The position numbers and the translations under genes are program-made. The notes under the pieces are model-generated. The model saw nothing but the letters and a program-made list of their open reading frames with translations. It was not told the DNA's origin and did not search any database. This document shows, piece by piece, positions 38,499 through 47,177 of a DNA stretch of 64,000 bases (within the stretch, counting starts at the first letter, position 1; the number at the start of each line of letters is the position of its first letter). The stretch comes from Parachlamydiales bacterium (GTDB taxonomy: Bacteria > Chlamydiota > Chlamydiia > Chlamydiales > JABDDJ01), in the NCBI GenBank assembly GCA_041671045.1, contig JBAZCF010000002.1, forward strand, positions 213,370-277,369, written 5' to 3'.

Positions 38499-38749
38499 GG
38501 GGCTTTGCCCCCTAGAACCCCCACCAAAGGGCAAAGCCCTTTGGAAACCGCGTTCTCCCCTTCGGGATTTACACGTTAGATTTGGCTCGGAAGCATTAAT
38601 TAATCTCTACATCAGAAATGCAAAGTAAAATGCTTCTATTAATAAAAAAAGAAAAATAGAGGTGAGATAGTCAGACTCTTGTCAATCCAATCGCGGATTC
38701 CCAAGGCTGCTAGGCCTTGGGTGGGGGTGCAGGGGGCGAAGCCCCCTGC
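38496..38749. repeat. MITE-like element A: two diverged 57-58-bp double-hairpin arms in inverted orientation around a 139-bp AT-rich core
   Basis: The left arm (38496-38552) is TAGGGGGCTTTGCCCCCTAGAACCCCCACCAAAGGGCAAAGCCCTTTGGAAACCGCG. The right arm (38692-38749) is CGCGGATTCCCAAGGCTGCTAGGCCTTGGGTGGGGGTGCAGGGGGCGAAGCCCCCTGC. The element lies between the convergent MCP and GDH genes. Confidence 0.85.
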
Positions 38750-41700
38750 TCAGGTTCGCAGTTTTCGTGGAGGATGACGGGGAGGACGTCGACGATGGAG
38801 GGCAGCCAGGAGAGGCCGCGTTTGTAGACGGTGTCGGCGGAGAGGAAGCAGGCGATGATGGCTTTCTTGTGGTTGGGGGGTATTTGTTCTAGGAGGGCAT
38901 GGAGGTGTTTGGTGCGAAGGAGGGGTAGACAGTAGTTGAGGAAGCAGCGGATGAGGGGGTCTTCGGGGTTAGAGGGTAGGTCTATGGAGTCGAGGTATTC
39001 AAGGATTTGGTCGAAGAAGTGGTTGATACGCGCAGAGATTTCATCAGAAATGTCGGTGAGTCTGCCTCCGTTCTCATTGAAGGTGGTGAGGAGGAGGTTA
39101 GCTTCGAGACCGGCGACGAGGCGTAGGCGATGAAGGATTTCCTCTACGAGGGCGGGTTTGTTTTCGAGGAAGCCTTTATCGCCTAGGGTTAGGCCGCTGA
39201 GGACTTCGAAGGAGGAGCAGATGACGCCCGTTTTATTTGCCGAGCTGTCTTTGATGATAAGGACGCCGAGGTCTTCTAGGAAGTAGCGGGCATCGTCATC
39301 CAGGTATAAGTTGGCGCCTTCGACGATGGCTTTAGCTGTCGGTTTTCCGGAAGGGTCGAGAAATTCTGAGACGTTCGCACCGTTGAGGGTTTTGGGGCGG
39401 CCGCCGGCGGGTATGAAGACGTCGGTGGAGATCACATGGACGTTACGTCGCCATAGATGGTTCATATCGTTGCCGCTATGCCATTCCTCTACGACTTTCC
39501 CATTAATTTTTTTCCAGCAGAGAGTTTGTTGTGAGAATGTATTTTTTGAGCGGCTAGTTTCCCTATCAACCAAGAAGCCTTCTTCATGCAATTCTTCGGG
39601 TGGGTAATGGCGGATGGGTTTACCTTGTTTGAAAAGGTCGACGAGGATATCTAAGTTTAGGCCTTTAGGATCATAAATTGTTCCGGACGCGTCGGTTAAA
39701 GCAAGGATTTTGGCTGTTTTAGGGTAGTAGCGTTGTAGGTTGCATATCTCGTTGCCAGCGACGTCGCCGTCGGGACCGCCGGAGATTTTAACGGTGAAAA
39801 CATTTTTGTAAGGATCTATTCCTAGCTGTTTCAGGACGTATTCGAGGTAGACATTCAGACCGAGAGAGGTAACGCCATATTCTTTGTGGTTAATCCCTAG
39901 AATAGGTTTTCCGGAGATAAAAGCGCTGCCGGGCTTGTAGTTGTGTTTCTTACTATATTCGGCTATCCATTCTATCATGCTGTCGTGCATATTTTCGTCA
40001 GGACCTAGATAGAGGTATTCCGGTTTTTGCCAGAAGTCCAATACATGTTTAGCTTTAAGTTTTCCATTGGCTTCGCAGTTGACAATAGTGATGAGAGCTT
40101 CCACAAAAGTGCGTTGGGCATGGTGGAGATATTCTAATTTTTGTTCCTTCCTGTAGTTGTCCACTTTTGCATCGATATCCTTTTTATTTAGGCCTGAAGC
40201 GCCCAGCTCTCTAGCAAGGATATCGGTTTCTAAATCCAGCTGTTCGTAAGGCTTAACAAAAATAACGGCTTTGGCACCACCTTCGGGGATATCTTTATTC
40301 TTTTTGTCTTGTGTATAGGCAAGGTTATAGCATTCGGTGAAAACCCTATTGATCTCGACGAGCATACGTTCTTTCTGCTCGGGATAGATCGTCCGGACGC
40401 CGCCGCGCGATAGGTCTTTGAAGCGGATATGGAAAGAAAAGGTGTACATCCCTTTCACGAAGATGATGGCGAAGGGAAGAACCGGGAAAAAGGCAGGGCG
40501 GTTGAAGGGGATTTCTTCGAGATAGAGGGGGTCTAATCTAAAGCTGAGGGCTGTGAAATTGGTGCGGTAAAAATTAGTTTTCAGTGTGAAATTGACGAAG
40601 TTGATACCCTGAGTGAGGACATTTTTTCTGCGGATATCGTTATCTTCATGTCCTGTGTCAATCTTAGAGATGTCGTTGACGATCCTTTTCTTCAATTTGA
40701 GGTAGGTGTCAATATTTGTGTTCCACGGATCAAATTTACTTCTGAAAGCTTCGCAGATATGTGCTGTAAGTTCGGGATGCCGGCATAGAGCTTCTACAAT
40801 ATTGTCTAGGGTGTATAAATTCTGGTCTATGTGGACCAGAGCCTGGTGGATAAAGGTGACGATAGTCCTAACTAGGTTGCCTTCATTCCCACTAACATAC
40901 CCTGTGGAAACAAGCATTTTTTCTACAGGGTCGCCATCCTCAAAATATTTGATAGTGACGAACTCTCTTAAGAAATCATGGATATTCTCAATTTCCCAGG
41001 CAGGTTTGCCATTGCTGCCGTGCAGCCCTAGAGCCATGACAAGGATGCCATCTTTACTGAAGGAGTTAACATAGGAGGCATTAACGCGCTTTATCACAAG
41101 TTGGTGCCGATGGATAACACCGGCCATACGGTATAAGAAATTATTTTTGGGACAGTTGCGCCAGGCTAGGACTATCTGCATAGAGACAGAGCTTTTCTCT
41201 TGCCAGTCTTCATTATAACGCACCTCATATTGGCAGCTATCGCGTGTCGTAGCGCGATGGAACATATCGATGGCAAGGACTAGCCTTTCGGTGGAAAGGG
41301 AACGCAGGAAGCGGAGGCTAAAAGAATTGAATATTTGCTCGAATTCGCCATCAGTAATGCTGGAATTGCGTACGTTTACTAAGGAACGCAGATGCTCCTT
41401 AGTTTCGGGTGTATAAGGGTTGGTTTGGACTTCAGCAGAGGACTCAATAAAGTAGACAGCTGCGATACGAAGATTCGCTTTAATGCCGGGAACAGGAGGA
41501 GGGGCTTTAGAGATGTAAGACTGATAGTTTCGAATGCCGTACATAGAAAAGTTTTTGAGAATTTTCAAGTCTGCATCGGTGCTGTCCTGGCACATGACAA
41601 TAGCAAAGTGGCCAAACTGGATTAGGGAAAAGTAGTCCTGTAAGTGAAATCCCATCAGTGTTCTGGCGACAACGATAAGATATTCGCGCCCGATTTCTTC

Positions 41701-41826
41701 ATAGAGGATGGGCGGCATATTCTTTTCTAGCCAGGTGTAAAACTCTTGGAAGCGTTCGCTTTCCTTGTGGATAGTCGCATTGAGGTCATTATTGATTGAA
41801 GGCAGGTCTTTTGTGACGTTTTCCAT
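38710..41826 (-). CDS. NAD-specific glutamate dehydrogenase, large (~115 kDa, GDH2-like) type
   Basis: The product is 1038 aa. The catalytic region IPEGGAKAVIF and the dinucleotide-binding region FTVKISGGPDGDVAGNEI resemble fungal/protist GDH2 as I recall it. The last 12 codons and the stop lie inside repeat arm A2. Confidence 0.8.
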   Translation of the reverse strand: MENVTKDLPSINNDLNATIHKESERFQEFYTWLEKNMPPILYEEIGREYLIVVARTLMGFHLQDYFSLIQFGHFAIVMCQDSTDADLKILKNFSMYGIRNYQSYISKAPPPVPGIKANLRIAAVYFIESSAEVQTNPYTPETKEHLRSLVNVRNSSITDGEFEQIFNSFSLRFLRSLSTERLVLAIDMFHRATTRDSCQYEVRYNEDWQEKSSVSMQIVLAWRNCPKNNFLYRMAGVIHRHQLVIKRVNASYVNSFSKDGILVMALGLHGSNGKPAWEIENIHDFLREFVTIKYFEDGDPVEKMLVSTGYVSGNEGNLVRTIVTFIHQALVHIDQNLYTLDNIVEALCRHPELTAHICEAFRSKFDPWNTNIDTYLKLKKRIVNDISKIDTGHEDNDIRRKNVLTQGINFVNFTLKTNFYRTNFTALSFRLDPLYLEEIPFNRPAFFPVLPFAIIFVKGMYTFSFHIRFKDLSRGGVRTIYPEQKERMLVEINRVFTECYNLAYTQDKKNKDIPEGGAKAVIFVKPYEQLDLETDILARELGASGLNKKDIDAKVDNYRKEQKLEYLHHAQRTFVEALITIVNCEANGKLKAKHVLDFWQKPEYLYLGPDENMHDSMIEWIAEYSKKHNYKPGSAFISGKPILGINHKEYGVTSLGLNVYLEYVLKQLGIDPYKNVFTVKISGGPDGDVAGNEICNLQRYYPKTAKILALTDASGTIYDPKGLNLDILVDLFKQGKPIRHYPPEELHEEGFLVDRETSRSKNTFSQQTLCWKKINGKVVEEWHSGNDMNHLWRRNVHVISTDVFIPAGGRPKTLNGANVSEFLDPSGKPTAKAIVEGANLYLDDDARYFLEDLGVLIIKDSSANKTGVICSSFEVLSGLTLGDKGFLENKPALVEEILHRLRLVAGLEANLLLTTFNENGGRLTDISDEISARINHFFDQILEYLDSIDLPSNPEDPLIRCFLNYCLPLLRTKHLHALLEQIPPNHKKAIIACFLSADTVYKRGLSWLPSIVDVLPVILHENCEPEQGASPPAPPPKA

Positions 41827-41934
41827 GGGAGGTATTTGTAAATTAAATTATTTACGTGTGTTATCGCATATACGGTTGTTTTGCTACAAGGATCTCCTAG
41901 GAAATGCGCTGTGAAGAATTTGAAGAAATACAAG

Positions 41935-41979
41935 ACCGTAGAGTAGAGAGGAAGTTTCCTGCCCTCTCTACTCTACGGT
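41935..41979 (-). terminator. Perfect 17-bp hairpin downstream of the P-type ATPase
   Basis: ACCGTAGAGTAGAGAGG (41935-41951) pairs perfectly with CCTCTCTACTCTACGGT (41963-41979) around an 11-nt loop. It starts 30 nt past the ATPase stop. On the minus strand it is followed by CTTGTATTTCTTC. Confidence 0.6.
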
Positions 41980-42008
41980 TTAAATCAAAACAATACAAAC
42001 GTGCTGCG

Positions 42009-43991
42009 CTAGCGCAGCAGGCGTAGCGCGTTAAGTCCGACCAATACAGTGCCACCCTCATGCATGATCACCGCTGCCCAAAGGGGCACAAGGCCTGCAA
42101 GCGCAGGAATACTCGCTACAAGGATCGCTACAGTGGCAATAGTGAGATTTTGAGTCACGATACGCTTTGTCAAGCGAGACTTCCCCACCAGCCAGTCCAG
42201 CTTTTCAATGCTATCCTGCAGCAGGATGATGTCTGCAGCATCCACAGCTGTAGCGCTGCCAACTTTTCCCATGCAGATACCTACGGTAGCGCGGGCGAGG
42301 GCCGGAGCGTCATTGATGCCGTCGCCGATCATGGCAAGGCCTTCTTTCTCTGAAAGTTGTGTGACATGAAGGAGTTTGTCTTCGGGCCGTAAATCGGCGT
42401 AATACTCTTTTAGTCCGACCATCTGGGCTACTCTCTGAGCATTTGCCGCGTGATCGCCGGTAAGCATCAGCAGTTTAAGGTCGCGTTCTTTGTTGAGTGG
42501 TGCGATGGCTTCCTTCACGTGGGGGCGTAGCTCGTCGCCGAATCTAAAGAGGAAGATGCTCTTGCCGATCAGAAGGAAAGCGAGCAGCTCGCCTTGAGAT
42601 TGGATTAAAGCTGCTTTTTCCTCTAAAGCCTTTGCTGTGGCGGCATCTACTTTATCCTGGATGAAGGCTAGGTTTCCAAGGTAGACAGGAAGTTTTTCAT
42701 AGGTACCTTGAAGCCCATATCCTGGGATTGTTTTGAATTCTTCGATGGCGACAGTAGAGACGTTGTTTTTCTGGCTATGGTCTAAGATAGCTTTAGCTAT
42801 AGGGTGGACAGCATTCCTTTCCAATGAATAGGCGACGGAGAGTGCTTTTTCGGTAGGGATATCTTCTCCGTGGAAAGCTTCCAAGCCCAGGTATTGCAAT
42901 TCGCCCGTCGTTAAGGTGCCAGTCTTATCAAAAGCGATGATTTTGCAACTTGCCAGAGCGTCTAAGGTGATACCGCCTTTCAAGAGGATTCCATTACGGG
43001 CGCAAGCGCTGATGGCGCTAAGGTATGCGATAGGAATGGCTAAGATAAGGGCACACGGGGAGGCTGCAATGAGGAAGGCTAGAGCGCGATAGACAGAGCC
43101 TTCATGGCCAAGGAATTCGAGGTTGAAAATATAAGGGAAAGATAACGCAAACAGGGCGGACAGGCCGATGATCGAGAGTGCGTAGGTGCGGCTAAGAGAG
43201 TCAAACCATCTTTGGAGTCTAGGGCGGGATTCCTGCGCTTGGGTGACAAGCTTGATGATGCGTGAAAGGGTAGAGTCAGCACTGGTGTGAGTGACTTTGA
43301 CCGTTAAAGCTCCTTCTAGGTTACGTGCACCTGCAGCCACTGTATCGCCGACTTTTTTCAAGACGGGGACATTTTCACCTGTAAGATGGACGAGGTTGAC
43401 GGAAGATGAGCCTTCGATGACATCGCCATCTAGAGGGATGACTTCGCCCGATTTGACTAGGATAATCGTTCCGACAGTAATGTCTGAAAGAGATCTGTCT
43501 ATGAGGATGCCGCCGGATTGTACGACAGTAGCTTTCGTAGGTGTGAGGCGGTGCAGGCTGCTGATTGCATTCTTAGCTTTAGAGGTCACAGCCTCTTCCA
43601 TTGCTCCTGAGATGGCGAAGAGTACGAGCAATAAGGCTCCTTCCATGCCATTTCCTATGAAGATGGAGGAGAATGCCGCTAAAGTCATGAGGACGTCGAT
43701 ATTAATCTCAAAATCTGCCAGATCCTCTATGGACTCTATTAAGGCAGGGACTCCGGCGAGAAAATAGACGAAAACTAAGATGAGGTGTGAAAAGGGAACT
43801 AGGTTTTCGTAGAACGATAGGACAAATGAGATGAATAGGAGGATGCCGGCTATTAGGGCTGCTTTCAGGGGTAGATTATGAGACCATAAGCGTGAGGCGG
43901 GGGTGAGGAAAGGGCTGCGTGATTCAGCCATACCCATCTCAAAGAATTCATCGAATAGTATGGGTTTGATTCTGTTTTCACTAAAGGTCAT
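42009..43991 (-). CDS. Heavy-metal P1B-type ATPase with SPC transmembrane motif and no N-terminal metal-binding domain
   Basis: The motifs DKTGTLT, TGES-like LTGENVP, MLTGDH and GDGINDAPAL are present, with TM motif ASPCAL. I place the start at ATG 43991, which overlaps the VIT1 stop as ATGA. The longer track ORF begins inside VIT1. Confidence 0.9.
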   Translation of the reverse strand: MTFSENRIKPILFDEFFEMGMAESRSPFLTPASRLWSHNLPLKAALIAGILLFISFVLSFYENLVPFSHLILVFVYFLAGVPALIESIEDLADFEINIDVLMTLAAFSSIFIGNGMEGALLLVLFAISGAMEEAVTSKAKNAISSLHRLTPTKATVVQSGGILIDRSLSDITVGTIILVKSGEVIPLDGDVIEGSSSVNLVHLTGENVPVLKKVGDTVAAGARNLEGALTVKVTHTSADSTLSRIIKLVTQAQESRPRLQRWFDSLSRTYALSIIGLSALFALSFPYIFNLEFLGHEGSVYRALAFLIAASPCALILAIPIAYLSAISACARNGILLKGGITLDALASCKIIAFDKTGTLTTGELQYLGLEAFHGEDIPTEKALSVAYSLERNAVHPIAKAILDHSQKNNVSTVAIEEFKTIPGYGLQGTYEKLPVYLGNLAFIQDKVDAATAKALEEKAALIQSQGELLAFLLIGKSIFLFRFGDELRPHVKEAIAPLNKERDLKLLMLTGDHAANAQRVAQMVGLKEYYADLRPEDKLLHVTQLSEKEGLAMIGDGINDAPALARATVGICMGKVGSATAVDAADIILLQDSIEKLDWLVGKSRLTKRIVTQNLTIATVAILVASIPALAGLVPLWAAVIMHEGGTVLVGLNALRLLR

Positions 43992-44764
43992 AACGAGGGG
44001 CCTATGAAGTAGTTGGAGAGGAAGTGTACGCAAGCGAGGGGCAGTGCCACGATGCCTATATTCCATACGATGGCGGGAATAATGCGGTTCTTTTCATATT
44101 TTGCTGCTATGGCAGCGGCTAGTCCTGCAGTGAGTAGGGCCGCCAGGAGTGCACCCCAACTGCCTAATGCTGCTACAAAAAGGAAAATAAGCAAGATTGC
44201 TGCTGTGCTACCTAAGGCAGCACCTAAAGCTTGCTTCAGGGGATGTTCCGTATTTTCAAGGGTTAGTCCAAGCTCTTCTTCGACCATTACACGTAATAAG
44301 CGGTCTCCATCGGCCATAAGGACGTCCAAGACATCTTCAAGCAGTTTACCTTCAAACCCTTTAGCTGCATACAAGGCTCCAAGCTCTTCACGTTCTTGTT
44401 TGCGATGGTTATCTATTTCCCATTTTTCTTCTTCAACAATACGATGCAAGCGCTCCAGACGTGACCAGCCGATCCAGGCGCTTCTGCCGGCTTTCCATAT
44501 GAGCCAGCTAATGCCAACAAGACCTGTAATTACCATTGTGAGGGTCGAAGAGATAGGTAGGTGATGGCAGATCTCAAATAGCATCGCCATTAAGAGCGCT
44601 GTCTCGCGTGCGGCATCGGTAAATGCAGACCAGTGTCCAGGTATCTCCAGGGCATGGCTTTCGCTTTTGGCTAGTTTTCCCCGCGCCTGGGCTTCTGCGA
44701 CATGGCCTACGGCTGTCTTTCCGTCAAAATGTTCAGGGGAGTTGTGGGGATGATTGCAGCACAT
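43988..44764 (-). CDS. VIT1/CCC1-family iron/manganese transporter
   Basis: There is a central acidic helical metal-binding region (EEEKWEIDNHRKQEREELGALYAAKGF...VMVEEELGL) flanked by TM helices. The track's start at 44827 is TTG and lies inside a terminator hairpin, so the ATG at 44764 (MCCNHPHN...) is preferred. Confidence 0.8.
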   Translation of the reverse strand: MCCNHPHNSPEHFDGKTAVGHVAEAQARGKLAKSESHALEIPGHWSAFTDAARETALLMAMLFEICHHLPISSTLTMVITGLVGISWLIWKAGRSAWIGWSRLERLHRIVEEEKWEIDNHRKQEREELGALYAAKGFEGKLLEDVLDVLMADGDRLLRVMVEEELGLTLENTEHPLKQALGAALGSTAAILLIFLFVAALGSWGALLAALLTAGLAAAIAAKYEKNRIIPAIVWNIGIVALPLACVHFLSNYFIGPSL

Positions 44765-44817
44765 AATATTTCCATTTGCTTTGAGCGATACTATAGCATT
44801 TAAGGGAATATTACAAA

Positions 44818-44845
44818 CAAGAGGCAACGTTATAGCTGCCTCTTG
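44818..44845 (-). terminator. Hairpin terminator of the 600-aa gene
   Basis: CAAGAGGCA (44818-44826) pairs with TGCCTCTTG (44837-44845) around a 10-nt loop. On the minus strand it is followed by TTTGTAATATT. Confidence 0.5.
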
Positions 44846-44886
44846 CGGTGTTAAGTTTGGAGTTTCTAAGGGGGAGGAGAGTAGAT

Positions 44887-46689
44887 TTAAATGCCAGTGA
44901 TTTGCTTAGCTCTATCTATTATTTCTTGGTCGGCCCATTTACAGAAGGAAAGGGAAAAAGCACAGCTTATTCTTTCTTGAATTGATGTTGGGTCAGCAGA
45001 GTTTAATTGGGATAGGATACTTGTCTTTACGGGGGTAGAAAATTGCGGTTTTGCCATCATGGAAATAATGAATTGATTGACGTTAGAGAACTTGTTTCTC
45101 CCTGCAAAGCCTTTTACTTCCTGAAGGATCTCATAATGGAGGGAAGCGGGGAGAAATCCTAACCACTCAGCTAATTCGTTGATCCCAACATTATCCTTCA
45201 TTAAGTTTAATATTTGATGGACAGTTCCATTGGGTATATCTGTTGGCTCTGCTTTTGCCCACGCTTTCACAGTTTTCATATGGGATGAATATTCAGTATC
45301 CGCTGCAATCAATGACTTTGCTTCTTCCGACAGAGCAAAAGTTAAAGCTTTTTTGGGTAAATCCAGGATCTCTTTAACCGCGTTGAAATTGAAATGCAGA
45401 GTTGGAAAACTTTTCAATACTTGCATGGAGGTTTTAATAATAAGATATTGTGTTGCAGAATCTTTTTTTTCGATACATTTGGTAAAAAAATCAAAGTAGC
45501 AGTCATGTCCTTTATTAGTAAATTCATGCAATTCACGTATAAATTCTTTTTGATCTTCATCGTTTACACCTTCGAAAGTCTGCGTATAGACAATCAAGTA
45601 TGTGTTAGAGTGCACACTGGGAAGTCTATTACCCTGGGAAAGTGCTTGATCAATTAGCCTATCTTTATCTTGAAATAGGGTAGTTAGTTTTGCTGGGGGT
45701 AAACTCTTAAAAGCTGTGATTAAGAGGGTTTGAGCTTCTTCATCAAATTTATGGAGCTCAAATTGGGCAGATAAAATGTTAGCAAATTCAGAACGGTCCG
45801 CTGCAGGTATCTCCGCAATCATTTTAGAGCGTTTGATTATATCTTCTAAGGAAGTATATTTAGAAAATAATAAGCCGAGAGAATGAGCGAATTCTTCATG
45901 ATTGACTTCGTCAATCGTAGTTAAAACTTCTTGAACAGCGATTTTAACGAGAATATCTCTAGGAGTATCTTCTTTATCTATCATATCCTCTATAATTGTA
46001 GGCAGCTTTTCTAGGGGGAGCCTACTAAGCTTTTCTAGGACGAAATGGCGGCTTTGATGAGACTTCAATTTGTTAAAATAGGCGTTATTCATGATATTTT
46101 CTGCAAAAAAGGCTTTCACTCCAGGTTTTAGTAACCTTATAAGCTCCAAAGTCTCTGCAGCAGTTAACTCAAGATGATAATCAGACAAGTAGGGCGCATC
46201 AGAATGTTCTAAAGCCCATACTCCTAATTTCACGAAGTTTTCTTTCTCTTCTACCGGAACTTCAAGGATTTTTTTGAAAATGAATTCGCGCTCTAGAGTG
46301 TTGAATTTTTCTTTGAAGAGGGGGGCGATTAACTCCAGCAAGGCACGTCTTTCTTCGACAGGCACGTTATCAATTTTGGCTGTCAGACGCTCAAGCGCAT
46401 TCGCTGCATAACCATAACGTATCTGAATGCAGTCATTTCTCATATCCGTGATGAGATGGCTATTGGGAAAGAATTGCCATAGGAAGATTTCTTTAACTAG
46501 ATGGAGCTTAGTAGGAATTAAAGTCAGTTTTTGGAAAACATAGTTAAGGGAATGGTCTTTGTAATCTCGAATGCTTTGGCCCAGTGCCTGGAATTGATTT
46601 TGAATCGCGTTTCCAAGGACAGCAGCTCTTTTGGGGAGAGAGCAAATAGCTTGAACCACCGGCTGGATTCCATCACAATACATGGGCAT
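44887..46689 (-). CDS. Hypothetical helical-repeat protein (600 aa)
   Basis: This is a long open frame in AT-rich DNA. There are recurrent [VIL]P-x-E/A-[EK] helix-start motifs (VPVEERRALLELIAPLF, VPVEEKENFVKLGVWAL, LPLEKLPTIIEDMI, IPAADRSEFANILSAQF). I recognise no family. Confidence 0.75.
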   Translation of the reverse strand: MPMYCDGIQPVVQAICSLPKRAAVLGNAIQNQFQALGQSIRDYKDHSLNYVFQKLTLIPTKLHLVKEIFLWQFFPNSHLITDMRNDCIQIRYGYAANALERLTAKIDNVPVEERRALLELIAPLFKEKFNTLEREFIFKKILEVPVEEKENFVKLGVWALEHSDAPYLSDYHLELTAAETLELIRLLKPGVKAFFAENIMNNAYFNKLKSHQSRHFVLEKLSRLPLEKLPTIIEDMIDKEDTPRDILVKIAVQEVLTTIDEVNHEEFAHSLGLLFSKYTSLEDIIKRSKMIAEIPAADRSEFANILSAQFELHKFDEEAQTLLITAFKSLPPAKLTTLFQDKDRLIDQALSQGNRLPSVHSNTYLIVYTQTFEGVNDEDQKEFIRELHEFTNKGHDCYFDFFTKCIEKKDSATQYLIIKTSMQVLKSFPTLHFNFNAVKEILDLPKKALTFALSEEAKSLIAADTEYSSHMKTVKAWAKAEPTDIPNGTVHQILNLMKDNVGINELAEWLGFLPASLHYEILQEVKGFAGRNKFSNVNQFIISMMAKPQFSTPVKTSILSQLNSADPTSIQERISCAFSLSFCKWADQEIIDRAKQITGI

Positions 46690-46784
46690 AAAGATCCTAT
46701 ATGTTTCTTATTTTGTAAAAAATATTTTAAATTATTAGTATTAAGAAACTATAAAGGATAATAAAAATGTTTTTTAGTTAGTTG

Positions 46785-47033
46785 TTATTTCCCTCGGCGA
46801 AGATCGTATTGCTTTTGTTCCCAACGCCTATCTTCTAAGCGTCGCTCTTGGATGCGCCAATCATCCCTTTGCTGTTCTATGATTTTATTTTGTATATCCC
46901 AGGCATCCCGCTTTTGCTGCTGTACTTTGTTTTCTACACGGACACTTGCGCGCCAATCGTCATCGCCTACTGCGGCTTTTAAGGGGGACTGGGCTGCGAT
47001 GACAATAAAGAATACAGACAATAGAATTTTCAT
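46785..47033 (-). CDS. Small secreted protein with periodic Trp/Arg/Asp/Gln repeats
   Basis: GGAGG lies 7 nt upstream of ATG 47033. There is a signal peptide (MKILLSVFFIVIAAQSPLKA). The mature part repeats DDWR / DAWD / DDWR / RRWE about every 14 aa. Confidence 0.6.
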   Translation of the reverse strand: MKILLSVFFIVIAAQSPLKAAVGDDDWRASVRVENKVQQQKRDAWDIQNKIIEQQRDDWRIQERRLEDRRWEQKQYDLRRGK

Positions 47034-47177
47034 TGGATTTCCTCCGTAACTACCTAATTTAAGGTTATAATTAATGGTTATTTTTTTAAAATACATTTGG
47101 TATAATTTAATTAGGAGAGTGTTTCAAAACATTCTATATTTTTAGTAACGACTGTATAATTTCACAAAGGATGTACC

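Noticed and set aside
43291-44564. Plus-strand ORFs of 158 and 183 aa, antisense to the P-type ATPase and VIT1 genes.
   Set aside because: They are Ser/Arg/Pro/Ala-rich antisense translations of membrane-protein genes. The sense frames carry diagnostic motifs (DKTGTLT, and the VIT1 acidic helices).
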